Positions 63,983 through 64,000 of a DNA stretch of 64,000 bases are shown piece after piece. Positions within the stretch are counted from its first letter, which is position 1, and each line of letters opens with the position of its first letter. Origin of the DNA: a virus. The notes below the pieces were generated by a model. That model made no database searches. It was not told where the DNA came from and was given only the letters and a program-made list of their open reading frames with translations. The stretch lies in the IMG/VR virus record IMGVR_UViG_3300026531_000002, positions 5,351 through 69,350 of that record, one strand, 5' to 3'. The position numbers and the translations under genes were made by a program.

Positions 63983-64000
63983 GGCTAAAGAAACTGATTA

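Noticed and set aside
1-64000. Integrase/repressor lysogeny module, tRNAs, reverse transcriptase/DGR, PurZ or other base-modification cluster
   Set aside because: No recognisable motifs in this window; they could lie outside it
1-64000. Alternative genetic code
   Set aside because: Core genes are full length under the standard code, with TAA, TAG and TGA all used as stops

Overview
A 64 kb, very AT-rich, CpG-poor stretch of a long-tailed dsDNA phage (siphovirus). It has T5/HK97-like head and packaging genes and a GTA/B3-like tail tip. Promoter style (TTAAG-N~10-TATAAT/TATACT and CGATA boxes) suggests a Campylobacterota host, which is inference. Replication and nucleotide genes include family A polymerase, DnaB, DnaG-like primase, a two-intein SF2 helicase, SbcCD-like nuclease, 5' exonuclease, RuvC-like resolvase, NrdAB, dUTPase, ThyX and dNMP kinase. 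The layout is scrambled: virion and lysis genes are split into many small units interleaved with oppositely oriented metabolic cassettes. Nearly every virion/lysis unit is preceded by a CGA(T/C/A)A box, and the phage encodes a FliA/sigma28-like sigma factor that probably reads it. Other highlights: (1) a 208-bp IS200/IS605 miniature with its own promoter and a TnpB omega-RNA-like segment, whose guide matches a second, TAM-flanked phage promoter; (2) a ColE2-type plasmid Rep next to long inverted repeats at the main strand switch; (3) antirepressor-type genes bracketed by exact direct repeats; (4) an unannotated ArfA-like 39-aa ORF; (5) a mirrored GC-rich repeat array at the right end. No tRNA, CRISPR, integrase or reverse transcriptase was recognised. 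All assignments come from motif reading by eye, with no database search.
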